This document shows, one piece after another, positions 1 through 13,905 of a stretch of 64,000 nucleotides of DNA (position 1 is the first letter of the stretch; each line of letters begins with the position of its first letter). The notes under the pieces were generated by a model. It worked only from the letters and a program-made list of their open reading frames with translations. It made no database searches and had not been told where the DNA came from. A program made the translations under genes and the position numbers. Source of the DNA: the human T2T-CHM13v2.0 reference genome, Homo sapiens; the NCBI RefSeq assembly GCF_009914755.1, contig NC_060929.1; one strand, given 5' to 3'.

Positions 1-864
1 CTCAAACAGGAAAAGGACATTTTACCACTCTCTCCATATAAACAGCTTGCCCACGTTTGCAGTTGGACTCCTCCCCTTACTACACCAAGCGTGAGAGTGT
101 GAACACTTTTCACCCAGTTTCTCCACAGGCAATTTGAAAAGTACCCGAAGGCGTCACCTGCTGGGGCCTAGCCCCAGTTAAACTGTGACTGCCCTGGAGG
201 AAAATATGGCAAGCAAAAACACTGAAACTTCAAAAAATCAGCTTACATCAATTGCCTGGTACCAACACCAGTGCACATAATCCTCTCCTGGCTGAGCTAA
301 TTGGCTTAGCTTGCTGATGATTTTACAGCACCAGAAGCTGTTCTCTGATTGTAGGAATGAACGTTGCCAAATGATCTTAAACCATAGCCCAGACGGCCCA
401 GTGCCACCAGAGGCATATCTGGGAAAAGAGCTATTTTAAACGAATGCTCCTGTGGGTATAAGGATCCTTTTCTGTCTAGACTCCTGCTAACACCTGTTGC
501 TCACTCATCCTGCCCCAGTTCACCTCCTTTTCGACAGCCATGTGGCCAAGACAAGCCATGGCCACCTGACAGGGCCTGAAATGCGGCCACGTGAACAGCA
601 AATCCAGGCAGCCCAGGCATCGCATGCTCTGGCACAGTGTGTTGGGCCCCAACAGCTCTGCTGCCAGGTGTCAAGGAGCCATTTGCAGGCAGAAAGCAGA
701 CCTGGCAAGGCAATATTTTAAACTTTCAGCATGGCCAGGGAAAGGAGACTTCTTCCAGAGACTCTGCCATGCAAATCAGCATCAAGCAAGTAGAAGGAGA
801 GGATGGCTGCATTTTGGTTCAACCAAACCCTTCATACCTAAAGCCCCTTTACCACGTCCCCAGT

Positions 865-1070
865 AGGTGGTTGTCTAGCCTATCCTTGAATCCCCCTGGT
901 AACCAAGAAGCTCACTACCTCATAAATAGCTCATGAGGCAGTCTTCCTTATACAGTGCTGAATTCCTTCCTGTGGCCTTTGCTCCTCTTGTTACGCTTTA
1001 GAAAGTTATATAGAATGAATCTCATATGTCACTCATGTAATTCCATTCAAATCAATCTATGTTTCTGCAT
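865..1070 (-). mobile_element. CR1/L3 LINE 3' fragment, ancient
   Basis: gaagctcactacctc...gaggcag...ttagaaagtt resembles the reverse complement of the L3 3' consensus as recalled. Confidence 0.5.
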
Positions 1071-1099
1071 AAAACAGTTCAGATTCATGCGAGTAAGTG

Positions 1100-3440
1100 A
1101 GCACTGGAATCTTGGGGGGAGTTTTTCAATTTCTGGAAGCTTACAGCCTGGGTTTTAATAAGACCTGGGGATAAGAGACTAAGCCTGGGCAGGGTTGGAG
1201 GTCAGATCTGAGATCACTGCATAAAGCCAGGACTCCAAAAGGGCAGTCCTCAGAGGGATGAAAAAACAGTTTCATATCAACAGTAAAGATCCTGTTTGAT
1301 TCAACCTAGATTCTGGACAGAACAGGGAAAAAATATTTTCCCAAAAGCTTCCTAAACACAAGTTCATATTCTTTGAAGAAAGTATTCACACTACATATGT
1401 AGACTGAAAAATTCAAGCTGAAATCTTCATTTAAAATGGTCCTGAGTTAGTCATGGAAAACCAAAGCAAATCCACTCTGAAGGAACACACTTTAAACCCA
1501 AGCCTTAAAGAATTATGAAAGATAAAGTTTCAAGTAACATCAGCTCAAAATCAAAAACCACCAAACATACAAGGAATGTTAAAGAGTAAAAAGTATCTAC
1601 GGTGATACAGAGTAAAAAGAAAGAAAAAAATGTAGAATCAGAACCATACAGATTTCAGCTATTATAATTATCAGATACAGAGAGTAAAATGTGCTTAATG
1701 TGTTTCTTTTTAAGTTTTTTTAAGTTTTGGGTATATGACAAAGGAAAAAAGAAAGCTTATCAAAATTAACAGTTCAGATTGGAAAAATAACAAAATAGAA
1801 CTTCTACAAATTTTTTTAATGTAAGAATTGAAATTATAAACTCAGTTGATGAGTGAGCCTACAAAACTGGAAAGAGAATGAGTAAATCAGAACACAGGTT
1901 TGAAAAAATCCACAAAATGATGCACAGAGACAAAAAAAATTGCAAAAGATGTTAAGAGATATGGATAAAATGAGAAGGTCCAACATATGTCCAATCTGAA
2001 ATCTATAAAGAGATCACAGAAATAATGAGGTAGAAGCAATATGACTGGGAATGTTTCCAAGGAGAAATTCACAGATTCAAGAAGCCCAATAAACACCAAG
2101 GAACATAAGAAAGAAAGGAGAAAAAAACAAACAATCTCAACCCATCATAGTGAAACTGCAGAACATCAAAAGCAAAGAGATATTTAAAACAACTAGAGAG
2201 GAATAAAAACAGATTATCTATAAATAATTTATATGACAGTGACAGCTAATTTCTCAGTAACAACAATGTAAGCCAGAAACCAGTAAAATAAGCCTAAAGC
2301 GCTGAGGAAAAAAAAATGTCAACCTTGTGCTGTATTTTCTACCAAATGAAATTTACTTTAATGAATGATGGTAAAATAAAGATATTTTCAAATAAATCAA
2401 AACTAAGACAGTATGGTATTAGCAAAAACTTACTAAATAATTTTCTAAAGGAGATACTTAAGAAAGAAAATTATCCTAGGAAGTAGCTCTTAGACACAAG
2501 AAGTGGTGGGCAAAGAAAATGGTAAACATGGAGGTAAGCCTAAACAGTGACTATGTAAATAATAACAATTATAGTAACTAGAGGAACTAAAAATCAATGC
2601 ATAACTAAATTTACAGCAACAATAATTTATGATTAAAGAAAGGGAAGAAAATTAAAGTTAAGGCATTTGATTTCTTGTATAGAAAAAGAATAAAAATATT
2701 AATTACCTTTAGACATTGTTAAATTAAACGTACCTCTTAAAATTTCTAGGGTAACAATTAAAACTATTGAAATAGTATATGTAATTTCCAAACTAGTATA
2801 AACAATTTTGATAACTAGTGTTAATACAAAATAAAAGTCAATAAATGAGAAATAAACATTGAAAAAGTGGGGGGAAGTATGAAATAAGGTAACATGAATT
2901 CAAATCAAGCTGTAGTCATTATTTAATGTATACAGATTAAATTCACCCATGAAAAACAAATATTGTCAGTTTTTTTAAATCCAGCTATATGCTAACTATA
3001 AAAATAGAAAAGCATAAGGATGCAGTAATATAGAAAGTAAAAAGATAAAATATGCCAGCAAATAATTAAAAGAAACCCGAGATTGCCAAAATACATTTTG
3101 AGGCAAAAAAATTTTATTTAGAAGCTAAAATGATCATTGCATATTGATACAAGGTTCTATTCACAAGGAAGATATAACAATTTTAAACCTGGAAACCCAG
3201 GGTTATCATATTTATACCAGATGAAATATATTTTAAGGCAAAAGGTACTATTTAGACGCTAAAATGATTATTGCATATTGATACAGGGTTCTATTCACTA
3301 AGAAGACAGAAGTTATGAACCTGCATGCCCCTAAAAGGCAAATGTTTGAAGGAAGTACAAGAAGAAATTGACAGGTTCACTATCACAGAAGGAAATTTTA
3401 ATACATCTCTCTCGGTGATTGGTAGAGCAAACAAACAAAA
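1100..3440 (+). mobile_element. Old L1 (L1M/L1ME type): decayed 5' region, ORF1 and start of ORF2 endonuclease
   Basis: ORF1-like motifs (gaaggtccaacatatgt, cagattcaagaagccc, catcatagtgaaactgcagaac) followed by EN-like motifs (aatccagctatatgct, ttcacaaggaagatataacaatttt); A-rich + strand. Confidence 0.8.
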
Positions 3441-3554
3441 TTGTCTCTATGGACGTGTGGATTTTCTCACTCAACATCTACTCTAACCTCTCTCTGGTAT
3501 GTCCTTCTGTACTGTGGGGCAAGAACACTCAAAAACTACATTTTCCAGTCTTCT

Positions 3555-3680
3555 TTGGACAACCCAGTTTTTCTGAGACAATCCTGGTTGATGCTCATTG
3601 CCCTGCCATAATTATTAACAGCATTCCCCTTTACCTTTGAAAATGTCTGATATAGATAATAAATTTTACTGTTACTCTAC
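3555..3680 (-). mobile_element. MER94-like hAT-Blackjack MITE
   Basis: gacaatcctggtt...ataattattaacagcattcccctttacc...aaaatgtc matches recalled MER94; similar copy at 41458. Confidence 0.6.
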
Positions 3681-4019
3681 CTGTATATAAAAACACCATA
3701 AATGCAAAAGGTTCTTGCAAGTGTGCCGTATTGGTGATTCAAACAGCAAAGCCACATTACCTTCAGTGGTGTAATTTTTCCAAATAAGTGAACAACTTTT
3801 CGAAACAAAACAAGCTAAACTTCTTTTGGATTTACATGAGAGTGGCATTCCTGGAAAATTAAGTGTATGTTAAAAACATGCAAAAAATACTCAAGGTTTA
3901 TACTGAAAAAGGAGATCAAGTCTGGTCTTAGATTATTTTAAACAGGTTTTCCACCTAAGTTTAGGTTCCACCTCAGTTTAGGTTTTCTAAAGTATAGAAA
4001 CACTTCAGGAAATCACGCA

Positions 4020-4298
4020 GGCTGGGTACAGTGGTTCACCCCTGTAATCCAGCACTTTGGGCGGCCAAGGCTGGCAGATGCTTGACCTCAGGAGTTTGAG
4101 ACCAGCCTGGCCAACACGGCGAAATCCTCGCCTCTAATAAAAATACAAAAATTATACAGGTGTGGTAGCCTGCACTTGTAGTTCCTACTACTTGGGAGCT
4201 AAGGTGGGAGAATCATTTGAACCTGGGAGGCAGAGATTGCAGTGAGCCAAGATGGCACCACTGCACTCCAGCCTGGGCAACAGAGGGAGAACTTGTTG
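4020..4298 (+). mobile_element. Alu (old, J/S)
   Basis: ggctgggtacagtgg...gagaccagcctggccaac...aaaatacaaaaatta...cactccagcctgggcaacaga. Confidence 0.95.
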
Positions 4299-4426
4299 AA
4301 AGGAAAGGAAGGAGAAGGGGAAGGGAAAAGGGGAAGGGAAGGGGAGTGGGAAGGGAAGGGAGGGGGAAGGGATGGGAAGGGAAAAAGGAGGGAAGAAGTG
4401 GGAAGGAGGGAGGGAGGGAAAGAAGG

Positions 4427-4458
<32 letters not shown>

Positions 4459-4711
4459 CAGGAAGGAAGGAAGGAAGGGGAGGGGAGGGGAGGAAGGGGA
4501 GGAAGGGGAGGAAGGGAAGGAAGGGAAGGAAAGGGAGGAAGGGAGGGAGGAAGGGAGGAAGGGAGGGAGGGAAGGAAAGGGAGGAAGGGAGGGAGGAAGG
4601 GAGGGAGGAAGGGAGGGAGGAAGGGAGGAAGGGAGGGAGGGAGGGAGGAAGAGAGGGAGGAAGGAAAGGAGGAAGAGAGGCAGGAAGGTAGGGAGGAAGG
4701 CAGGAAGAAAG
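4298..4711 (+). repeat. Polypurine (GGAA/GGGA)n low-complexity tract replacing the Alu tail
   Basis: ~410 bp almost entirely G and A. Confidence 0.97.
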
Positions 4712-4727
4712 AACATCATGCAGGATG

Positions 4728-4925
4728 AAGGCATAAGGGTGATATAATGGACTTTGGGGACTTGGGGAGGGAGAAGTTGGGAGGGGGTGATGGATAGAAG
4801 ACTACATATTGGGTGCAGTGTACACTCTCAGTGACAGGTGCACTAAAATCTCAGAAGTCACCCTAAAGAACTTATCCATGTAACAGAAAACCACCTATAT
4901 CCCAAAAACTATTGAAATAAAAAGA
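4728..4925 (+). mobile_element. L1PB-like 3' end, 5'-truncated
   Basis: aatggactttggggact...gaacttatccatgtaac...actattgaaataaaaa; 19-bp TSD at 4709-4727 and 4926-4944 (18/19 identical). Confidence 0.9.
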
Positions 4926-6466
4926 AAGAAAATCATGCAGGATGTGGGACACTCCTTCACTCTATGCTGCAGTTCCACACCTTGCAGCACACTGAGGATT
5001 TGCTGCTGTTTGCCCACAAGGCCCATTACGCATCCCCCAGTTGTTGTGACAAAATCAAAACACTGCCTATATTTCATATTATAGATGAACATCAAGAACC
5101 TGAATAATAACATGCCAGAGGCTCTTAGGCCTTTCAGTACATACTGTTTTCCTATGAGTAAATTGCCTCCCCTCAGGCTCCAAAGTGAGTTAGACAGTGT
5201 CTGTGGGCCTGGATTTACCATATCTCAACCCCAACAGGCACTTCCAAAAGTTTCCTTTCTAAAATAAAAATACACTTTATTTTAGAACCATTTTAGGTTG
5301 ATAGAAAAACATTGTAAAGGTGGTACAGAAAGTTCCCATAAACACCATGCCAAATTTTCCCTATTACTAACTTCTCACATGAGTGTGGTACATGTCTTGC
5401 AATTGATAAGCCCACAGTGGTACATTATCATTAACCAAAGAGCACAATTTCTTCAGATTTCCTTAGTTTTACCTAATATCCTTTTTCTGTCCCAGGATGC
5501 CACATTATATTTAATAGTTATGCCTCCTTAGGCTCCCCTTGTTGATGAATTTCTTAGAATCTCCTTGTTTTTGACGACCTTAACAGCTTTGTAGAGTCCT
5601 AGTCAGGTATTTAGTACTAAATCCCTCAATGGGGATTTGTCTGATGATTAGATTGGAGTTATAAGATCTTGGAAGGAAGACCCCAGAGGTAAGGCGCCAT
5701 TGTCAATGCATCATATGAAGGATACGCACCATCAACATGAATGACTATTGTTAATGTTCGTCTTGATCACCTGGCCGAGGTAGTGTTTGTCAGGTTTCTC
5801 CACTATAAAGTTACTATTTACTCCCCTTTTCTATGCTGTGCTTCTTTTTCTACTCTCACCCATTTGTTTATTTATCCAATTATTTATTTTTATATCAGTA
5901 TGGAGTCACACTCATGGATATTCATTTTATATCGTGTGTTGTAATCCAATGCTGTTTTGTTGTTATTGTTGTGTGATTTTTGTTTGGTTCATTGGTTGGG
6001 CTTTTTGTTTTTGGGGTTTGAGTACTTCCTTACTTTCTGGCACTACAAGATGTTCCAAGATCATATATCCTGCCCCAGTCCTAGAATCAGCTATTTTTCA
6101 TTTTTTTTAATAGAAGATGGTGTTAGAAACCAAGACCTGGGTGCTACGTGTGCTTGTTGCTACAGGGGTGTCGTTTCCAGATCCCTTCAACTAACAGAGT
6201 GAGGTAATATATGTGTGTATACTAACCCATGTATATAAACATTTCTAAAAAATGTATTCATGTATTCATAAATACATGTATTCATACATGTATTCATCTG
6301 TGTCTATATTAGGCTAAGCATGAGTTCATACTGATATCCTCAACTCTAATCTAACTACAAAGGATCATTCTAGCCTCTTCCCCTTGCTGATCAAAAATGT
6401 CCCTCTACAGAAGGGAGAAACCTGGCTCCCACCACCCATCATTCATTTACTTAGTTATTCCATGTC

Positions 6467-6761
6467 AGCTGGGTGTGGCGGCTCATGCCTGTAATCCCAG
6501 CACTTTGGGAGGCCAAGATGGGAGGATCACTTGAGCCCAAGAATTTGAGACCAGCCTGGAAAACTTGGTGAAACCCCGTATCCACAAAAAATACAAAAAT
6601 TAGCTGGGCACGGTGAAACGTGCCTGTGATCCCAGCTACTTGAGACACTGAGGTGGAAGGACTACCTGAGCCTGGGAGGTTGAGGCTGCAGTGAGCCATG
6701 ACCATGCCACTGCACTCCAGCCTAGGTGACACAGTGAGACCCTGTCTCAAAAAAAAAAAAA
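6467..6761 (+). mobile_element. AluJ
   Basis: Full dimer, J-type ggaggatcacttgagccc and gaggctgcagtgagccatga, poly(A), TSD ttattccatgtc / ttattccttttc. Confidence 0.95.
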
Positions 6762-7597
6762 TTATTCCTTTTCAGTATACATGTGGTTTCATAATTGTTA
6801 AGCCATGCTCCCATAGGAAGCACCTTTCTTAACTAGAGTACAGTGCTTATGTACACTTCCATTTGTCTTTACTCCCACAGACTCATTTCTAGCATTACTT
6901 AGGTCAGCACCTTTTTTCTCCATCTCATTCATTGAGGTTGTTTCATACTTTTGTAATGCAGCTAGTTTTATCACATTCTGCATTGCATCTGGGGATCCTC
7001 TGAGTTTCTAAATGATGTTTTCATTTGGACACATTGAGGTTCACTCCTTGTACTATAAAGTACTGTGGGTTTTGACAAATGCATAATGTCATGTATTTAC
7101 CATTACATGATTACAGTATCCTACAGAATAATTCAATCACTCGGAAAAAAAAATTCCTTGTGCTTCACCTAGTCAATCTTCTCTCCACCTATGAATCCCT
7201 AGCAACCCCTGATCTTTCACCATCTGTATAGTTTTGCCTCTTCCAGAATGTCATATAAAAGGAATTATACAGTATGTAGCCTTTTCAGACTGGCTTCTTT
7301 CATGGCAATATATTTAAGATTCATGCATGGCTTTTCGTGACTTGATAGCCCATTTCTTTTTATCATTGAATAATATTATACTGTGTGGATATACCACAGT
7401 CTCCTTATCCATTCATCTATTGAAGGACATCTTGATTATTTCCAGTTCGGGGTGATTATGAATAAAGCTGTTATAAATATTCACATGTAGGTTTTGTGTG
7501 AGTATAAATTTTCAAATCAGTTGTGTAAATACCTAGATGCATGCTTATTGGATCATGCTTATGGCATGACTATCACTAGATTAGTAAGAAATTATCA

Positions 7598-7915
<318 letters not shown>

Positions 7916-8379
7916 CTATCTTCCAAAGTAGCTGTATCATTTTGTATCCTTTATCTTTCCACAGTAGCTATATCAAGTGGAATAAGAGTAACCCTTGCTC
8001 TGCATCCTTGCCAGCAACTGCTATTGTTCATTTTTTGGATTTTGTCCATTCTGATAGATGTGGAATGCTATCTCATTGTTGTTTTAATTTGCAATTCCCT
8101 CATGACAAATGTTTACCATCTTTTCATATGCTTATTTGCCATCTGTATATCTTTTTTGGTGAGATGGCTGTTCAGATCTGTTTTCCATTTTTTTGGTTGA
8201 GTTGTTTCTTATTTTTGGTTTTTAACAGTTTTTTGTATATTTTGGATACAAATCCTTTATCTGATATGTGTTTTGCAAGATGTGTTTTATCAGGTATGTT
8301 TTCTGCCAGTCTGTGGCTTGTCTTATCTTTCTCTTAATAGTATCCCTTTCACAGAGCAGAATTATTGATAAAAAGTTCA

Positions 8380-9040
8380 TGTCTTAGTCTATTTTCTGCT
8401 GCTATAACAATATTACAAGCTGGATAATTTATAAAGGATAAAGTATTATTCGGCTCACAGTTCTGGGAGCTAAGAAGTCCAAGTTTAAGGGGTTGTATCC
8501 TGTGTGGACCTTCTTACTAAGTCATAGCATGGCAAAAGACAGAAGGACAAGCATGTGTGCAAGACAGAAAATACACTCCCAAAGCCCCTTTTTGAAGCCA
8601 TTAAACCCACCCATCAGTACAGAGTCCTCACAGACTAATCACCTCTTAAAGGTGCCACATCTTAATGCTGTTATAATAGCAATTAAATTTCTTATGAGAC
8701 CGGGCACGGTGGCTCATGCCTGTAATCCCAGCACTTCGGGAGGCCGAGTCGAGTGGATCACCTGAGGGCAAGAGTTCAAGACAAGCCTGGTCAACATGGT
8801 GAAACCCCACCTCTACTAAAAATACAAAAATTAGCTGGGCGTGGTGGCACGTGCCTGTAGTCCAAGCTACTCAGGAGATTGAGGCAGGAGAATCGCTTGA
8901 ACCCAGAGGCAGAGGTTGCAGTGAGCTGAGATCGCGCCATTGCACTCCAGCCTGGGTGCCAAGACCGAAACTCTGTCTCAAAAATAAATAAATAAATACA
9001 TTTCTATATAAGTTTTGGAGGGGACATTTAAACCATAGCA
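8380..9040 (-). mobile_element. MaLR solo LTR (MSTC/MSTD/MLT1A-like) split by an Alu
   Basis: tgtcttagtc...aaaccatagca termini; perfect 5-bp TSD gttca at 8375-8379 and 9041-9045. Confidence 0.9.
8697..9000 (+). mobile_element. AluSq/Sp-like inside the MaLR LTR
   Basis: Full dimer, caagaccgaaactc right end, (aaat)n tail. Confidence 0.95.
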
Positions 9041-11501
9041 GTTCAATTCATCAATTTTTTTCTTTAATTGTGGTTTTGGTGTTGTATCTAAAAACTTATA
9101 ACCAAACACAAGGTCATCTAGATTTTCTCCCATTTTTCTTCTACAAGTTTTACCATTTTGTACTTTAAAATTAGGTATATAATGCATTTCAAGTTAATTG
9201 TTGTGAAAGGTATAAGGTCTGTGTCTAGGTTCAGGTTTTTGCATTTGGATATCCAGTTGTTCTAGCACTGTTTATTGAAAAGATTATCCTTTCTCCACTA
9301 AATTGCCTTTGCTTCTTTGTCAGAAATCTGTTGACTGTATTTGTGTTGTTCTATTTCAGGGCTCCAATTTATTGATCTCTGTGTCAACCTTTTAGTATCA
9401 TGTTAGCTACTCCATACAAATTCTAGAATCAGTTTGTCAATGTATACAAAATAGCTTGCTGGAGTTTTGATTGAGTCTGCTTTGAGTATACAGATCAAGT
9501 TGGGAAAAACTGATGTCTTAACAATACTGAATCTCCCAATCCACGAACACAGAGTATCTCTCCACTCATTCAGATCCTTTTTTTTTAATCAGTCTTATGG
9601 TTTTCTGAATACAGTTCCTGTGTATATTTTGTTCAATTTATGCCTTAGTATTTATTTTTGTGCTTTTGTAAATGGTATTTTTAAATTTTAAATTCAAATT
9701 GTTTTTATGTATGTAGGAGTACAGGTACCTCATAACAGAGGATTTCTAATTGCTCCCTTTTATCCCTTATGACATTGCAGTCATTCATTTTACTTATCCA
9801 TGCTATAATCATCCAATATATTGTTACTACTAATACTTTAAATAGGTGGATATTTTAAATCAATTAAAAAAATAAAAATATTATCTTTATTTCTTTTCCA
9901 ACACTCTTTATTTCTTTATATAGATCTGGGTTCTGACCTATATCGCTTTCTGCCTGAAGAACTTAATATTTTTGGCAAAGAAGATCCAGTAGTCATAAAT
10001 TTCCTCAGTTTTTATTTGTAATGACTTTATTTCTTCTTCACTTTTGAAGGATAATTTCAGTGTATGTAGAATTCTAGGTTTGTGGGGTTTTATTTTCTTT
10101 CAACACTTGGAGATAGATATTTCATTCCACATTCTTCTTGCTTGCATTATTTCTGATGAGAAGTCCACTGCAATTCTTATCCTTGTTCCTCTTTATGTAA
10201 GGTGTTTTTCCCTCTGTTTTCTTTCAAGACTTTATTCTTGCCTTTTGTTTTCTGCAGTTTAAATATGATATGCAAAGCAAGTATTTATCCTGCTTGGCAT
10301 TTTCTGAGCTTCCTGGATCTGTTCTTAGGTGCCTGTCATTAATTGTGGAAAGTTCTTGGCTATTATTACTTCAAATATTTTTTTTCTCCTCTGCTTTTTC
10401 TTCTCTTCCTGGTATTCCAATTATACACGTTACACCTTCTGAAATTTTACCTACAGATTTTGAGTAATCAGTTCTGGGGTTTGTGTGAGTTTTTCTTTTC
10501 TTTCTTTTTTCACTTTGCACTTCAGTTTGGAAAGTTTCTATTGAGCTATCTTCAAACTCAACGATGCTTTCCTTGGTTATGTCAAGTCCACTGATGAGCC
10601 CATTGAAGCCATTCTTCATCTCTGTTACAGTGTTTTTAGTTTCTAGCATTTCCTTTGATTCTTAGAACGTCTATTTCTCTTGTTATATTATCCATATGTA
10701 CATGCATGCCGTCTACTTTTTCCATTAGAGCCCTTAATTATAATCATGGTTATTCTTTTAAATTCTGTATCTGATAACTCTTAACATCTCTGTCATATCT
10801 GAGTCTGGTCCTGATGCTTGCTCTATCTCTTCAGACGATTTTATTCTTGCCTTTGGCAAGCTTTGTAATTTTCTGCTTAAAGCTGGACATGCTGTATTAG
10901 GTAGCAGAAACTGGAGTAAATAGGCTTTTAATGTGAGGATTTATGTTACTATGGCTGGGAGTTGGATTGTGTTTAATGCTTGGTACAATTGTAGGAGCCA
11001 GAAGCTTCAATTTCTCCAGTGTCCTTGTTTTTGCCTACCCTCTAGACTTGGGGCTTTCCTAAGTATTACTCTCAGAGGAGTACGTGAATCTTGCATTTAT
11101 TTCAGCTATAGTCCATTCTTATTATACTGGAGCCCTATTGGGGTAGTAGCAAAATATGGGGGGAAGGGGCATATTGTTAAATCTCAGTCTTTCAATTGGC
11201 CTGTGTCTTTGGGCTGTGACCTTCACAAGCTCCAGTGGCATAGCTTCACCACCCCTACTTAGACGAGAAAGGAAGGCTGGAAGAGGCTAGAGTGAGAGGG
11301 ATGTCCTTTCACTAGTGAGATAAGGTTCTGGTATTTTCCCTTGACATTGGGCCTTTGTTAGGGAGAACGCTCTTGGTGTATATCACAATGAGTACTCTTC
11401 CCCTCCCCCTGCCAAGGCCACAGAGGATCTTTCTTGGATCTTTACCGTGAGAACCTGCTGGACTTCCTGGAGGTAAAACCCACAAAAGTGTGAGTGTCCC
11501 T

Positions 11502-11951
11502 TGTGATGGTTAATACTATCAACTTGATTAGATTGAAGGATGAAAAGTATTGATCCTGGCTGTATCTGTGAAGATGTTGCCAAAGGAGATTAACATTTGA
11601 GTCAGTGGGCTGGGAAAGGCAGACCCAGCCTTAATCTGGGTGGCCACTATCAGCTGCTAGTGCAGCTAGAATATAAAGCAGGCAGAAAAATGTGAAAAGA
11701 CGAGACTGGCCTAGACTCCCAGACTACGTCTTTCTCTTGGGCTGGATGCTTCCTGCCCTCAAACATCAGACTCCAAGTTCTTCAGTTTTGGGACTCAGAC
11801 TGGCTCTCCTTGCTCCTTAGCTTGCAGATGGCCTATTGTGGGACCTTGTGATCATGTGAGTTAATACTTAATAAAATCCCCTTTATATATATATATATGT
11901 ATGTATTTTCTCCTATTAGTTCTGTCCCTCTATAGAACCCTGACTAATACA
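11502..11951 (+). mobile_element. MLT2A (HERV-L) solo LTR
   Basis: tgtgatggttaatact...gaaccctgactaataca; internal aataaa and (ta)n; TSD tccct / tcccc. Confidence 0.92.
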
Positions 11952-12299
11952 TCCCCTAAGACAACATAATACTGTGCCCCTACAGGTTCCTCACTTTCGG
12001 CTAGCCCACAGTCTACCTCTAGCAATTCATCAAAATTATCATTTAATTACCGAAGTTATCAGTGGCTTCTAATCCAGGTAAGCAGGTTTCAGCTGTGGCT
12101 CTTTGCATTCACCTGTCTCTCTAGATTTCAGGGTGGTGATTTGTCCTGCAACATCATTTCTCTAATGGGTCTGAGAAAAGTCCCTGGTTTTCCATTTTTT
12201 CAGGTTTTTTTCTTTTTGTAAGAATGGGAGTGATGACTTCCAATCTAAAGAATTTTCAGAGCTGAAATTGAAAGTCCAAAACTTATCTTTTTAATTAGA

Positions 12300-12410
12300 A
12301 AAATTTGAAAACAAGATTGGACATAGCTGGGTGATAAACTCATAGGGGTTCTTTATAAAATTTCTACTTTTAGGTATATTTGAAATTTTCTATAATAAAA
12401 AATTATGGTT
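12300..12410 (+). mobile_element. L1ME-like 3' tail fragment
   Basis: ggtatatttgaaattttctataataaaaa. Confidence 0.55.
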
Positions 12411-12459
12411 AAGAATCTGAAACAGGGTAGCTTTAAACAATAGGGACAGCAGAGAAAAA

Positions 12460-12710
12460 AAATTCGTCAGCAATATTTGAGTATCTAATATTGACCAGGT
12501 ACTGTGCCAAGATAATTTGGATATAAGAATGAACACTACTATCTGCTGCCTTCCTGGAGCTATCAGCTTTTGGGGAGAGAATGACATTAAATAAATAATT
12601 ATGACTTACTTACTTAGGCTAAGGCCTACAGCGGAGGCAAAAATGGTGCTGTGGGAGCAGATAACAGAAACTAGAGAATCTAACCTCGTTGGGAGAGTTG
12701 GGGGAAGACA
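12460..12710 (-). mobile_element. L2 3' fragment
   Basis: aatatttgagtatcta...ccaggtactgtgcca...ctgccttcctggagct. Confidence 0.65.
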
Positions 12711-13750
12711 ACTCAAAGACCACCAGGGGACTGGGTACAGAAGGCATGCTGTGCCTATTTCCAGGGGACCCAGCAGCCTGGATCAATGGTATAACCTGAA
12801 CTTAGTCAGGCTGGACGCAGGGGCTGGTCTCCAAAGTTTACACGTAATAACAACAATGTTAAAGGTAAGAAGAGAGAGAATGTTTCAGAAGCAAGCAAGC
12901 TTTCCATAGGTCGGAATCCCCCATAGACTCTAAAAACCCTGACCACCTGAATTTAGGTGAAACAACCAAGTGGGATTTTCACAATTCATTCTTACTTTCT
13001 ATAATATTGACCATTTTCATGAATCCTTCTTCCTCACTCATTCAAATTCTCTTTGGATACCAGTAAACTCCGCACTTGTTGTTTTGTTCCTGGAGTAATA
13101 CCATAGGAGAAGGATTGTAATTTATCGTATTGGACAGAGCAAAAGTAACAGGAGCCAGGCAGAGGGAAAAAAAAGATGATATTTTGAAGGTCTGCACTCA
13201 GATATGCCATGATTTCAACATATAAGTTAATGCGAATCACATGATTCTTGTAACATTTTTCCCATCAGGAAAACAGAAATGCCACTTACCAACTCTGGTA
13301 CAGATTATTACTAAGCAAGTTTCACAGTTATATCTACATAAATGTTTACTACTGATTTATTACACAGCTAATGATAAGTAATGATGGTAATTATTAAAAT
13401 ACAGATTGATATTAGCATTTAGAGCAACATCTAAACTTTCCAAATTATCAATTTATAATTTTTTAAATAACAGCAATTAATCATTATTATGGTTAAATGA
13501 TAATACTTTGTAATATATTATCATGTTTTCTACAAATAGGAGAAGCACTAGTCTATTATGGTGAAGATAATAACACTAACAATGGTAGAGTAATGATTGC
13601 TAATCATTTCCCATTATTGCTATTAAAATGTACAAATCACTCAAAATGACCAAAAATCTGTGAAATAAAAACCTAGTGAAGGCGTACGATAAAATAAGCA
13701 ATCTATAGTTACCAAGCCTACCAAATCAAGATTCTGGGCCCTGGTCACAA

Positions 13751-13905
13751 CAGTGGCTGCCCATCAGAAAAGACTGGGGACTTTTCAAAAAATCCCAAAG
13801 CCCACCGCCCTACCCAGAAAATCTGATTTAACCTGTCTGGGGTGTGTCTGATTTTGTTCTGAAAGTTCTCTAAGTCTAATGTGCATCCAGAGTTGAGAAC
13901 CACTG
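13751..13905. mobile_element. MER5A hAT-Charlie MITE
   Basis: tctaatgtgcatccagagttgagaaccactg terminus. Confidence 0.75.

Noticed and set aside
400-417. CTCF-like motifs here and near 59905
   Set aside because: Both need a gap or several mismatches in the core consensus.
4213-4747. Four overlapping ORFs of 118-176 aa
   Set aside because: Artefacts of the Alu tail and polypurine tract, which lack stop codons.
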